Part shown: positions 35,001 through 45,400 of the stretch, one piece after another
How positions within the stretch are numbered: position 1 is the stretch's first letter
Layout: the number at the start of each line of letters is the position of its first letter
Notes under the pieces: generated by a model
The model's database searches: none
What the model was told of the DNA's origin: nothing
Seen by the model: the letters and a program-made list of their open reading frames with translations, nothing else
Program-made: the position numbers and the translations under genes
DNA from: Monocercomonoides exilis PA203
Taxonomy: Eukaryota > Protista > Preaxostyla
DNA length: 64,000 bases
Direction of reading: 5' to 3'
Assembly: GCA_001643675.2 (NCBI GenBank)
Contig: LSRY02000013.1
Location: 868,001-932,000 of the forward strand

Positions 35001-38000
35001 AAAGGAGAGAAGGGGACAGTGAACATTCTTCCATCGACATATTCTTCGATGGCGCTGCTCATTGGAGGAGGAGATATTTCCTTCGCAGGGGAAAGCAAGA
35101 GCGAGTGTATCATTACCACAGAATTGCTGAATTCACACGAGTGTTTGTTCACACTGGATTCGGGATCGATGGGATTGTCTTTGGTGAAGATTCTTCACAA
35201 CAGCGGAGAATCATCTTCTTCGTTGTTTGTGATGCGAACAGGAGCACAGAAACTGACACTGAAGAATGTGGTCATATCAGGGGCAGAAGATGGGCAGACA
35301 CATTCATTTGATGCCTCGCCATTCAAGATGGTATTTGAGAGAACAAAGATGGAAAACTGTTTGATTGAGGATATCGATCTGGGAGATTGCTCTTTGTTTG
35401 AGGAAGAGTCGGAGAGTGCTGCTGGGAGAGGGATACTGGGGAATGTGACGATGCAAAGGATCAGTCGGATGAGAGGAGATGGGGCGATATTCAGCACTCA
35501 AAGCGAGAGAAGCGATTCATGGGAGCTGGAGAACACCACATTGAGGAACTGTGTGAGCAAGGAAGGGAATGGAGGGAGCATTGGGTGGAGTGTTGGTCAA
35601 AGCGGGACATTCAAGATTGGCAGGGGAGAGGTGACAACAGTGATTGGAGAGTGTGGGGCAGAGAAGGGGAGAGGAGAGGAGAAGGGGAGAGGAGGAGGGG
35701 TGTATTTGGAGCTTTCATCACCAACAACAGTGTTTGAGATTGTGAATGTGGGATTTGAAGACAATCGTGCAGAACATGGGGTGAATGTGTTTATTGCATC
35801 GCCTCAGCTGGAATTGATTCCAAAAGGGAGATATGAATTTGTTTCACATTTGAGTGAAGATATGCATGAAGTGGAGGGAGTGGGAGACACGAACAATGCA
35901 ACACTTGTGATTCCGATTGTGTGCTATCTTCTGGATGTTCCGAGGAGTGAGGTGTATGTTTCCACATCCGGGGTTGATCATCCTCGGTGTGGGCACACAT
36001 TCTTCGAGTGCCGAACACTGAACTTTCCTGTTGAGAGGGAAGAGAGCACACCAGCAGATGGAACGACAACAGCGACAATCAAAGTTGGAAATGGAGTTGA
36101 GGTTGGTTCGACAGTGATCCTTTCGAAAACATCAAGGGTGATAGAAGGGGCAGATGTTGAAGGATCGCTTGTTGTTGGAGGCGAGGCAGCATGCAAAGGT
36201 GGAGAGGAAGGATGCGTTGGAGTGTTTGTGGTGCTGAAGGAAACGATAATGAGGAACATTGGATTTGCGATGCCATCTGCTCTTGAACATCACGAGGCGA
36301 TATTCCATCTGAAAGGAGAAACACTGAACTTGAGTGAATGTGTTGTCACATTTGGAGAAGAAGTGAATTTTGTAGAATACAGCTTGATCATTGTGGAATG
36401 TGGAGAAGCGAATGTGACTTCGCTGAGATTGGCATCAATGAGGTTTGGGAAGGCTGGGATAAGAGCGAATGGGGGATTGTCGTCTGTGGCTCTGAAGAAT
36501 GTGGAGCTGAATGATATGACCTTTGGAGGAGAAAAGGGGTTTATTGTTTGTGAGAGAGGAAGCACACTCAGAGGAGAAAATGTGAGAGCCAGTGAGAGCG
36601 AAATGGGGGGAAGCAGTATGATTTGGGCAGGGAGCAGTTGCACTGTTCGGATGAGGGAGTGTTCGTGGAGTTTGTGCAACTTTGTTGATTCGGGGATAAT
36701 AAAAGGTGTTGAAGCGAAAGAGATATCTATCTGGGGATGCAATGGGAGCAATGTCCGAGTGAATGAGGGAGATGGGGGGATGATGTGTGGAGTGGTTGGG
36801 GAAGGAGGGATGGTGGATGTGTGGAACACGAGTGTTTTGGGGTGTGTGGCAGAGAAAGGGAATGGAGGAGGGATGAGGGTGGAGCTGAAAGGGGATGCAC
36901 AACTGAAGATCAGGAGCGAAGAAGAAGTGACACTGATGAAGAAATGTTCAGCAGGAGAGGAAGGGATGATGAATGGAGGAGGGTGTGGAGGAGGGCTGTG
37001 GGTGTTGATTGAGGGAGAGAGATGTGGGTTTTCAGTGAGAGGAGTGAGGTTTGAAGAGAACAGAGCAAGGAGCGGGAGGGATGTGTTTGTTGTGTGTGAT
37101 GATTTGAGGAGGGTTGTGAATGGAAGCAGTTTCTCGTTCAGCAGAGAGATAAGCGAGAGAGAGAACTCACTGATGGGGAAGGATGGGGAGAAGTTTTTGA
37201 GTGAGGTTGATCTGTTCATATTCATTGAGGGATACAGCTCGTGTGTGATTGAGGTGGGGAGCGAGAATGGAGACAATGGGATGTGGTGCGGGATGGAGAA
37301 CTGTCCGTGCAGGAGTGTGGATTATGGGGTTGGGAGGCTTGGTGGAGAGGGAGAAAAGAAAATAGTGATAAGTGGGAGCACGAGTGTTGAGAAGGTGGGA
37401 GATGTGAGTGGAGTTCGGATTGAAGGGAAAGACAGCAAGAGAATGAAGGTGGTTGTGGAGAAAGGAATTGAAGGGGAAGGGGAAAGTGTTCTTGATTCGA
37501 AGGGAGTGAGTGTGTTTGTGAATGTGGGGTTTGAATTGCCTGGTCATTTTGAACCGAGGAGAGAAGCAGTGATAAGCTCATCAAGAGGAAGTGGTGTTTT
37601 GGAGATGGAATTGTGTTCGTTTTTGATGCAGGAAGGGGAAGAAGAGGCAGTGGAATATGGGATTATCAGGAGCAGTGGACAAGCTGTGCAGATGAGGTGG
37701 ATATCGATAAATAATATCAGGATGAGAAAGTGTCTGATGGATCTTGCTGTTTTTGGAGCTGAGCGGAATGGGGCAGAGAATGAAATTGTGAGCATCAGCA
37801 ACTGCTCGTTTGGGAGCCTGTCAGTTGTTGGTGGAGATGAGTCAGCTGTGATGTGTGCCGAGGTGAGGAGAGTGATGAAGATAGAACAGAGCAACATGAG
37901 TGATATAACAAGTGGAGAGAGCATGAGGGGTGGGGCAGTGAGGGTGAACATCCATGATTCAGGGATGATTCATGTGAAAGAGGGGAGGATGGAGAGGTGT

Positions 38001-41000
38001 TTGGGAGAGAAGGTGAGTGGTGGGAAAGGAGGATGGATGCACGTGGACTGCAGTGAAAGGAAGGGAGGGATGCCATTCAAGTTTGAGGGAGTGGAGTTTT
38101 TTGGGAACGAGGCATTTGTGGGGAAGAACATGTTTATTTTGGATTCGGATCTGAATGTGACAGTGAGGAGCGAGACATTTGGGATTGATGTTGAAGGGAT
38201 GGAAGACGATCCGAATGAGTTTGTTGGAAGTGATGAGAAGCGGATCAACACAGATCTGTTGCGATTTCTTGTTGAATACAGGAGCGAGAGGATTGTGGTG
38301 TGGGAAAAGGGAGATGATGTTGTTCGATGTGGGAGTGAGGAGGATCCATGTGAGACACTGGAGATGGGGATGAGACACATTGAGAGAGAAGGGGAAAGAA
38401 AAGTGGTGGTTGTGAAGGAAAAGATAAGGGTGGAAGGGGAACATGATTTGAGTGGGATTGAAGTGGAATCAGTGGGAGCAGGATATGATGAGATGGAATA
38501 CGGAGCAGTTGTGATGGGGAGTGAAGGAGAAAGTGGAGCAAAAGTGTGTCTTAGCAACAGTGGAGCAGTCACTTTGAGAGCACTGGAGATGTGTGTGATG
38601 AATGTTTTGGGAAGTGGGAAAGCAGGGATGACCGTGAGTGAGGGAGAGAAAATTGAATGGGATGATTGCTCAATCTCATGGAAAGGAAAGAGAGAAGGGA
38701 TGGGAGATGTGGCATTTTGTGTTGTGAAGAAAGGGGAGCTGGAGATGAAGAGGTTCAAAGTGCTTTCGTATTTTGGGAAGGGAAGTGTGTTTATGGTGGG
38801 TGGAGATGTGGCGAGTATGATTGATGAATTGACAGTGATTGAAGCCAGATTGGAGAAGGGGAGTTTGTTTGAAATTGAAGGAGAGGGAGCAAATGGAGGA
38901 GGTGAGGTGAGGATGAAGAATTGCAGTTTTGGAACAGTTGAAGGGGGAGGAGCTGATCCTTGTGTTGTTTTGAGCAAGAGTGGGGGCGAGGGTGAGGTGA
39001 AGCTCATTGTTGAAGACTCGCTGATAGAAGGGTGCAGTTGTGGGAGAAGCACAAAGGGAGGGGCAATGCTGTTTGAGTTGAATGAAGGAGGATGGTTCCA
39101 CATTGTGAACACGAGTGTGAAGCAGTGTGGATGTTCTGTGAGCGAAGGGAAAGGAGGTGGGGTGTATCTGAAGACTGAATTGAAGGGAGAGTTGGATTAT
39201 GTGTTTGACAGGGTGATATTCCGAAGGAACGCAGCAAGGATTGGGAATGATGTGTTCATTGTGTGTGATTGCATCGAGAGACAGATCAACGAAACACAGT
39301 TCAACATCGACTTCCGGGATGAAGAGTTCATCAGGCAGAACGCGATCTATGGGATGGATGCAGGAGAGCACAAAGAGGAGGCGATGGACTTGATGAGTCT
39401 GATTGTGAAATACCAGTCAGACACGATTGTGGTGTCGAGCAAAGAAGGGAAAGGAGGGAGGAATGAGCAGCAGTGTGGGAAGCCTTTGCTGCCATGTGCG
39501 ACGATTGGGTTTGGGCTGAGGCATCTAACACACGATTTTCTCAGTCAAGTGATTGTCGATGAGGAGTCAGTGATTGATGAGGAAATTGTGTTGGACACAC
39601 TCACGCTGAGCGGGATGCATGAAGAACAGAGTCGAGTGGTTGTGAAAGGGAGGATGAACCGGAGAAAAGAAATGATTGTGGGGACAAATGGGCAGGTGTA
39701 TATGCGATGGATTCGATTTGGATTTGAAGAAGTGGAATCAACACCAACTCCGCTTCCAACGACTCATTCATCATTCATGAAGATTTGCTCGGGAAAGACA
39801 TCGATCAGCACGTGTTCGTTTGAGGGAGTGAGCTCGGCCGGGGAGGAAATGGCAGAAGTGCCATTCTGCCTGATATTTGTGGAAAGAGGGAAATGCTCAA
39901 TGGGGAATGTGAGTGTTATGTGGCTTTCATTTTTGAGTGAAGCAGTGATGGTGATGGGGGAGGATTGTGAAGTGAGTGGGCTGAGACTGAGAAATGTTGA
40001 GGGAAGCAAAGACTGTTTGAAGATGAGTGGAGGTGGGAGTGTGAAGATGGAAAAAGTTGAGGCAGGAAATGTGAGGATGGAAGACGGATGGGTCATAAGA
40101 GCAAATGGAAAGGAAGAAGGGAGACACAACAGAGAGGAAGGAGAGTTTTCATTTTCGATTTTGTCATCTTCATTTGAGAACATCACGAGTGTGGATGAGA
40201 GTGCAGGAGCAATTGATGTTGAGGGGGGAAAAGGAAATGCAGAGTTTTCGAACTGCTCTTTTTGTGGGTGTTCATCAAGAAGAGAGAAGGGGAAGATGAT
40301 ATCACTTTTATTGTGCAAGAATATTCAGATGGGGCAGTGTTTGTTTGATGGGAAGGCAAAAGAAAAGGAATTGAACGAGGAAGTGGTTGATGTGTGCAAA
40401 TGGAATGGGTCAGTTGTTGAGGTGAAGGAGAGCGCGGGGGAGATGTGGGATACGAGTTTTGTGAACTGCTGGGATGGAGGACTTTCTGTTTGTGGAGGGA
40501 GTGTGGAGATTGAGAAAGGAGAGTTCATGAACAACAACCCATCGATTGAGAGATATCCATCAGCCAGACGGAACATTGTCTGCTCTGATTCGGGGGTGTT
40601 GAATGTGATGAGTGTGAAAGGAGGAGATGGATTGAAGGATAATTCATCAATGTGGATTGTGGATTGTGGATGCGAACTGGGAGGGATAATTGAGGAGAGA
40701 GCATCATCGCTGTTCATTCCAGTGGTGGAAGAGGCGAGGAATGAGACAACGTCTGATGGGAGGACAAGCATCATGGTGGCAGGGCGACTTCTTGTTCCGT
40801 GCAATGTTTCGCTGCGGATGAGCTTCAGGAATGGGAGGGAAGAGGTGGTTGAGAGCTATGAGATTCGCGAAAATGAGAGTGTGTCGGAGAATGAAATTGA
40901 TGCAGTTATTTCATCTGCTCAGATGGCAGCAGTGGGAGCAGAGACTGAAGTGTCTGTCTGCCTTTTGTTTGGCAAAACAGAATCTCCATCATCGACTGAG

Positions 41001-42175
41001 GCATTCATTTTGAAGAACAGAAGCGAAAAAATAGAGAATGGAGACGAAAGGATTGCTGAAAGAGGAAAAGAAGGAAAATCATTTTGGCCGATCATTGTGA
41101 TTGTGCTTGTTGTAATTTTGTTGATTGTTCTGATTGTGTCAATTGTTCTGGCTGTTCGATGGAGAAAGCAAAAGAGGAGAACGGAAGAATTGGAGATAAT
41201 TGTGGAAGATACAGTGAAGAAGGACCCGAAGGCGTTTGAGATGGTGACGATGGAGATGTCTCCAGAAGAGCAGTGGAGGAGAGCAGAGAGGGAGGCAGAA
41301 AAGAAGAATGAAGAGAAAATGAAGAAGAGGGCGTATGATACGAATATGGTGCATTCGGAGTCTGAAGAGTATTTGTTATCTGAAAGTGGATCGACTGAAT
41401 ATATTTTGGGAAAAGACTCAGACAAAATTCCAGAATGGGCATTAGAGAAGGCTGAGGAAGAAGATGGCATATCGAAAAAGAGATCTCCTTCTCCATCCAT
41501 TTCATCCACTTCATCCACAGAAACTTCAGACACAGAGTCCACTTTTGTTCGATCGGAGAGTCTGTGCCCGACCACCTCGTCGATGTCAAATCTGGTGGAT
41601 GCAATCGCATGCTCATCACCTCATGAGAAGCTGATTGTGGATCTGAGGGATTCAATGTTCATGTTGTTGCATGGAAAGAACAAGACAAAGGAAATGCCGA
41701 TTGGTACTCTTCAAGAAAGGGAAGTCTCGGCTGCCCAAATCCTGTTCTGGGTAGCTAATCTCGCACTCCACTCCTTTGATGAAATGGAAAACAAGCTTCA
41801 GTCACTTTCCAATCTGAGCCCTCACATTGTGCTGTTCTCAGAACATATGGTCATCTGCATTGTCATGCATTCTGATTTATTGTCAGATGACTCTGATTCA
41901 GACTCATCGTCCATCTCTTCATTAACTGTTTTCACGTCTGCAAGTGATGATGATGATGATGAAAGTGACTCCCTTCCCTCATCCGCCTTTGAGGATGAAG
42001 ATAGCTTCAAAAAAGAGTGTTTGAGGTGGAAGGCGCCAGAGCTGCTGATCAACAAGAATATGGGGGCAACAAAGAAGTCGGTGGTGTTCTCGATCGGGAT
42101 GATGCTGTGGGAGTGCCTGACACTCCAGATCCCGTTCGGGGAGTACGAGGCTGTGATTGCTGGAGACAAGATTGA
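32045..42175. repeat. Right arm of ~10-kb inverted segmental duplication
   Basis: Reverse-complement partner of 10085..20198, including the upstream non-coding region. Confidence 0.9.
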
Positions 42176-42440
42176 AAAAGGAGAAAGGCCAGATATGATT
42201 AAGATCGAAGGAAGTTCAATGAAAGAGATTGTAAAATCATGCGTTCAGCACTATTCTGAAGGAAGATTGAGCTTAAAGGATCTAAAGAGAGAATTCATTG
42301 CACATTTTCCAAAAGGGATGACAATTCTAACAGTGTCAGATGCAATAGATTTTGAGCCAGGAATTAGGAATGGAACAGGAGCAAGCGAAAACAGAAGGAA
42401 TCAAACGGAAATCAGTTGTAGCAGTTTGTGGACTGCTTGA
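33378..42440 (+). CDS. Giant (~3,020 aa) receptor-like pseudokinase, close paralog of 9847..18873; intronless
   Basis: Same architecture with long identical stretches. First ATG 33378 (MNLAPIIFVCVSAIC), TM at ~41085-41157, LRWKAPELL kinase C-lobe. Confidence 0.9.
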   Translation: MNLAPIIFVCVSAICETEEATGNELNGLDVNFMFRLPRERNDYYTQGNNQYSIIASTFIVVNCSLRTANVLQIQPEGKACFLVCEGSRLDVRGCVISVSSQVSPFVVDGGSIHSVNLTIRTSKPFAPIPRLFCSSFKNSERDGANSITLQDSSFSSFELDSAPFLAPNASCFVRASGLAMANISVASGAQREMDLRARTETTIESCSFCRVWDAIDGGIARSVNSPCASLRATNSSFECCFRTMNVNKSGGRNMTRQPLEANDTHIFTDCEWFDTGFANIGSAIYLEGKSTLECSMCSFKNMSHNNDGAVCVRSATGVTMINCNFTNCVAKDNTGGMIIYLLNGDYYFSECIFCECKVTSHYAGGLRIHQSSGSMNETIEKCKFIRNEVGSFGGGLFMEGQPTHFLIKECEFYGNKANGTGKDSFEGGGGGMVINSMSWMEADPSPKIISFCFFSGNKDIIEEGHDVKIRNFFLKGSPFESSFSTTSEKRVFYNKSKTNYDEWLPTIKTTYASAGGVEGPVCGLSESNPCNTITQAYNMIEKGEKGTVNILPSTYSSMALLIGGGDISFAGESKSECIITTELLNSHECLFTLDSGSMGLSLVKILHNSGESSSSLFVMRTGAQKLTLKNVVISGAEDGQTHSFDASPFKMVFERTKMENCLIEDIDLGDCSLFEEESESAAGRGILGNVTMQRISRMRGDGAIFSTQSERSDSWELENTTLRNCVSKEGNGGSIGWSVGQSGTFKIGRGEVTTVIGECGAEKGRGEEKGRGGGVYLELSSPTTVFEIVNVGFEDNRAEHGVNVFIASPQLELIPKGRYEFVSHLSEDMHEVEGVGDTNNATLVIPIVCYLLDVPRSEVYVSTSGVDHPRCGHTFFECRTLNFPVEREESTPADGTTTATIKVGNGVEVGSTVILSKTSRVIEGADVEGSLVVGGEAACKGGEEGCVGVFVVLKETIMRNIGFAMPSALEHHEAIFHLKGETLNLSECVVTFGEEVNFVEYSLIIVECGEANVTSLRLASMRFGKAGIRANGGLSSVALKNVELNDMTFGGEKGFIVCERGSTLRGENVRASESEMGGSSMIWAGSSCTVRMRECSWSLCNFVDSGIIKGVEAKEISIWGCNGSNVRVNEGDGGMMCGVVGEGGMVDVWNTSVLGCVAEKGNGGGMRVELKGDAQLKIRSEEEVTLMKKCSAGEEGMMNGGGCGGGLWVLIEGERCGFSVRGVRFEENRARSGRDVFVVCDDLRRVVNGSSFSFSREISERENSLMGKDGEKFLSEVDLFIFIEGYSSCVIEVGSENGDNGMWCGMENCPCRSVDYGVGRLGGEGEKKIVISGSTSVEKVGDVSGVRIEGKDSKRMKVVVEKGIEGEGESVLDSKGVSVFVNVGFELPGHFEPRREAVISSSRGSGVLEMELCSFLMQEGEEEAVEYGIIRSSGQAVQMRWISINNIRMRKCLMDLAVFGAERNGAENEIVSISNCSFGSLSVVGGDESAVMCAEVRRVMKIEQSNMSDITSGESMRGGAVRVNIHDSGMIHVKEGRMERCLGEKVSGGKGGWMHVDCSERKGGMPFKFEGVEFFGNEAFVGKNMFILDSDLNVTVRSETFGIDVEGMEDDPNEFVGSDEKRINTDLLRFLVEYRSERIVVWEKGDDVVRCGSEEDPCETLEMGMRHIEREGERKVVVVKEKIRVEGEHDLSGIEVESVGAGYDEMEYGAVVMGSEGESGAKVCLSNSGAVTLRALEMCVMNVLGSGKAGMTVSEGEKIEWDDCSISWKGKREGMGDVAFCVVKKGELEMKRFKVLSYFGKGSVFMVGGDVASMIDELTVIEARLEKGSLFEIEGEGANGGGEVRMKNCSFGTVEGGGADPCVVLSKSGGEGEVKLIVEDSLIEGCSCGRSTKGGAMLFELNEGGWFHIVNTSVKQCGCSVSEGKGGGVYLKTELKGELDYVFDRVIFRRNAARIGNDVFIVCDCIERQINETQFNIDFRDEEFIRQNAIYGMDAGEHKEEAMDLMSLIVKYQSDTIVVSSKEGKGGRNEQQCGKPLLPCATIGFGLRHLTHDFLSQVIVDEESVIDEEIVLDTLTLSGMHEEQSRVVVKGRMNRRKEMIVGTNGQVYMRWIRFGFEEVESTPTPLPTTHSSFMKICSGKTSISTCSFEGVSSAGEEMAEVPFCLIFVERGKCSMGNVSVMWLSFLSEAVMVMGEDCEVSGLRLRNVEGSKDCLKMSGGGSVKMEKVEAGNVRMEDGWVIRANGKEEGRHNREEGEFSFSILSSSFENITSVDESAGAIDVEGGKGNAEFSNCSFCGCSSRREKGKMISLLLCKNIQMGQCLFDGKAKEKELNEEVVDVCKWNGSVVEVKESAGEMWDTSFVNCWDGGLSVCGGSVEIEKGEFMNNNPSIERYPSARRNIVCSDSGVLNVMSVKGGDGLKDNSSMWIVDCGCELGGIIEERASSLFIPVVEEARNETTSDGRTSIMVAGRLLVPCNVSLRMSFRNGREEVVESYEIRENESVSENEIDAVISSAQMAAVGAETEVSVCLLFGKTESPSSTEAFILKNRSEKIENGDERIAERGKEGKSFWPIIVIVLVVILLIVLIVSIVLAVRWRKQKRRTEELEIIVEDTVKKDPKAFEMVTMEMSPEEQWRRAEREAEKKNEEKMKKRAYDTNMVHSESEEYLLSESGSTEYILGKDSDKIPEWALEKAEEEDGISKKRSPSPSISSTSSTETSDTESTFVRSESLCPTTSSMSNLVDAIACSSPHEKLIVDLRDSMFMLLHGKNKTKEMPIGTLQEREVSAAQILFWVANLALHSFDEMENKLQSLSNLSPHIVLFSEHMVICIVMHSDLLSDDSDSDSSSISSLTVFTSASDDDDDESDSLPSSAFEDEDSFKKECLRWKAPELLINKNMGATKKSVVFSIGMMLWECLTLQIPFGEYEAVIAGDKIEKGERPDMIKIEGSSMKEIVKSCVQHYSEGRLSLKDLKREFIAHFPKGMTILTVSDAIDFEPGIRNGTGASENRRNQTEISCSSLWTA

Positions 42441-42858
42441 GATGCAAATTCAACGTTGTTGCAAAAAAGAGAGTTTGGATATATTTGTTTTTCGAAGGTC
42501 TTATAAATAATTGAGTTGTGAAAATATAATGTGAATGTTAATTCACTAAAGAGTTTCAAACGTGTTCAAGCATTGAATCAGTTATATTTTTTTAGAGTTC
42601 ATTTACATTTTTTGTAAAAGATTATGTGAAAGAGAAAATATATGTACGCATTATCGGATGAAAAATTGAAAAAGCATTAAAAATCATTCAGATATTTTAA
42701 TTATACACTCCATTTTTTTATAAATTGATTAATTAAAATACTGCAATAAGGATGATTATCATTTTTTGTATTTTTTTCTGACATTTTCATTTTCATTTTA
42801 ATTTCTTAACAGGTGTGAAAAGCGAAAAAAATTTTTTGAAATGCATACACCATAAATG

Positions 42859-43562
42859 ATTCAATATCGAAAAACTTTAATTCAACATCGATAATTATTA
42901 TTCAAAATCGAAAAAGTTTAATTCAAGATTTAAAATATTTAATTCAACATCGAAAATGTTTAATTCAAAATTGAAAAGGAAGTTAATTTGTTTAGAATTT
43001 CAATTCAAGTCAAAGCCAAGGAAATTTTATTGGCACAAATGTTGATAACAACAAATGTTAATTTATTGGAAATGCTTTTCTTTCATTTTAAACAACTGTT
43101 TTCTTCGATATAAACTGATATCAATCGATTCTTTCCTCATTTTGAAGATTGAAAATGTTTTTTTTATCAGATTCAAATGCAAAAAATGAAATCGAAAACT
43201 TTTCGTTTCAAACAGAAAAGATTGATTTCTGTCTTTTTGAACACAAAACAAGATCATGAACTATCCTATCACTTTTGTTTTTTACAAAAATTCCTCATTG
43301 TCTCCTGAATACATGTGAAGAGTTTTATAATAATTCAGTCTTATCCTATTTTCACTATTTCACACAATCAAACACCAAATAAAACATCAAAAAAATTTTT
43401 CTGATTGAAATTGATAAATTTCTTTGATCAATAACTGAAAGAAAAGAAACTGACATGAGTATGAATTTTAAGGTTTTTTTTCAAATTTTTCGATGATAAA
43501 GAATTTTCGATGTCGAATTTAATATGATCAATTTCGAATTAAACTTTTTCGATGTTGAATTA
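42859..43562. repeat. ~21-bp tandem array (ATTCAACATCGAAAAAGTTTA-like, ~5.5 copies) with an inverted partial array at 43485..43562
   Basis: Units seen at 42859-42978; 43537-43562 is the reverse complement of the consensus unit. Confidence 0.7.
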
Positions 43563-44297
43563 TATTTGGTGTGTTATGTTATGTAAGATCAAAAAGAAAT
43601 AAATTTATAAAAAATTTCAATTATCTGTTCGTTAAAAATTTTAATATCATTTATCTTTCCACACAGAAATTCGGGAAGAAATATTTTGATTTATCATTTT
43701 TGTTCTGCGCGTTGCTTTCTATTATCTTTCTCCACACTTTTGTTCAATTCTATTTAATTTTTTTGGGTTATTATTGTTGAATCCATATTTTCTCGATCTC
43801 ATAATTTGGTTTGAGATTTCACTTTGAATGAAGATAAATGAACAATGAAAAGTTATTCCTCCTTTCAAAGTTTTGTTTCTTATGAATTGAATCTATAACA
43901 TCAGCTTTTTGAAACAATTATCATTTCTTTTTCTTTTTATTGAAAAATATCTTCCCAAAGAAATAAAACCATATGCATATCAATTAACCGAAAAAAAGTT
44001 ATGATTTAAAAAATAATCACCCATATAGCCTGAAAAAAATTAACACTCCAATAATCATTCAAACAAAAACTGATCATTATTACACTCTGTTTATTTCAAA
44101 CTTGTTTTCTTAATTGATTATTGATCGCATATCATTCATTTTTGGTACCATTTGATTATAAAAAATGGAGAGAAAATTGTGATTTTCCAATTTTTGTTCC
44201 AATGATTATTGGAGTGTTTATTTTTTGATGGTATTTTTAATTTTCAATTTTTCTTTTTTTTTCATAATAATATATCTTCCAAAAGAAAAAGTTTGAA

Positions 44298-44522
44298 CTT
44301 TCAAGCTTTTCATGCACAAAGCAAGGTAAAATTGTTTCTGTTTATACATTACAAAACTTTCTCAGATTTCAAAAAATTTTGATTTTCATATCCTGAAACA
44401 GGTATCATTGAAATCAAAACGTTAAGTTTTCCAACATTTAATGAATATCAAAAAATGGACCCATTTTTATTTTGTTTTTTGATCTCAAAAAGTCAATGAA
44501 AAGTTCATGTTTTTACAATGAA
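44298..44522 (-). repeat. Dispersed ~260-bp non-coding repeat, copy 3 (inverted, partial)
   Basis: Reverse complement matches 20856..21117 and 21823..22082. Confidence 0.8.
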
Positions 44523-44819
44523 TATGGGTGATTATTTTTGAAATCAAATTTTTTTATTCAAAAATTTCGATTCGAAATTATTTCTTGAATATTAACAAAA
44601 TAACACTGGAAAGAGAAAATACTAATTAAAAATATCTTCATCTTCACTTAAGCTTAAACATTTGTTTATGAAATGGTTTTGATGGAATTTTTTATAAAAA
44701 TACAAAAACTTTATTCAATGACAAACAACCTTTGATAAATCAACACCCCGAAAAAAGTTATGATTTCAAAAATAATCTCCCATATGCCTGAAGGATAATA
44801 TTTTGCCCCAAATATTTTC

Positions 44820-44941
44820 AGCACTATGATTATATGCGATGAAAAATGAATGAAAAACAAGCAAAAAATGTCGATGCATCGAAAAATGTGACAACATACG
44901 AATGAGATTATATCAGACGTGATTTTATCCGGTTTTAACTG
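44820..44941 (+). mobile_element. Truncated right end of the CAGT-TIR MITE family
   Basis: tatgcgatgaaaaatgaatgaaaaa...gtgattttatccggttttaactg|TA matches 45730..45850. No left TIR found. Confidence 0.7.
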
Positions 44942-45400
44942 TAATTTTTTAAAACAAAATTGAGTATTATCTTAAAAATTTTTCAAAAATTCGTAATTAT
45001 ACAAAAAAATTGCATTTTTTTGCAAAGTCGATTTAATGATAAAACAAGTGAAAAAGAAACTTGTGAAATGTGAAAAGTTATAATAACAATAAAAAGGATA
45101 TGCTGTGTCATGATGATGCAGCTTAAAACTACCAAAATGTTATATCCATGGAAAGACAATCAATTTAATGATCAAAAAATAAAATTGAAAAATACTGAGA
45201 TCTCTAAGTAAAAAAAAAAACCTTTTTAAAATTTTTTCTGTGTTAAAAAATATATTTAAAAAATGTTTCTTGTTTTATTTTTGTTGGACACGAGCTTGTA
45301 TTAAGCCGTAGCCAACTCCACAAAAAAAAGTGGGTGGGGGTGTGGGAGGGGGGGGGGGGGTAGGGGAAGGGGTAAAAAAGAGGTCAGAGGAAAAAGAGTA

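Noticed and set aside
10085-42175. Inverted duplication as a simple assembly duplicate
   Set aside because: The arms differ by many substitutions, in-frame indels and distinct C-termini while both ORFs remain open.
42859-42978. CRISPR-like array
   Set aside because: The units are head-to-tail and degenerate with no unique spacers, there are no cas genes, and the context is eukaryotic.
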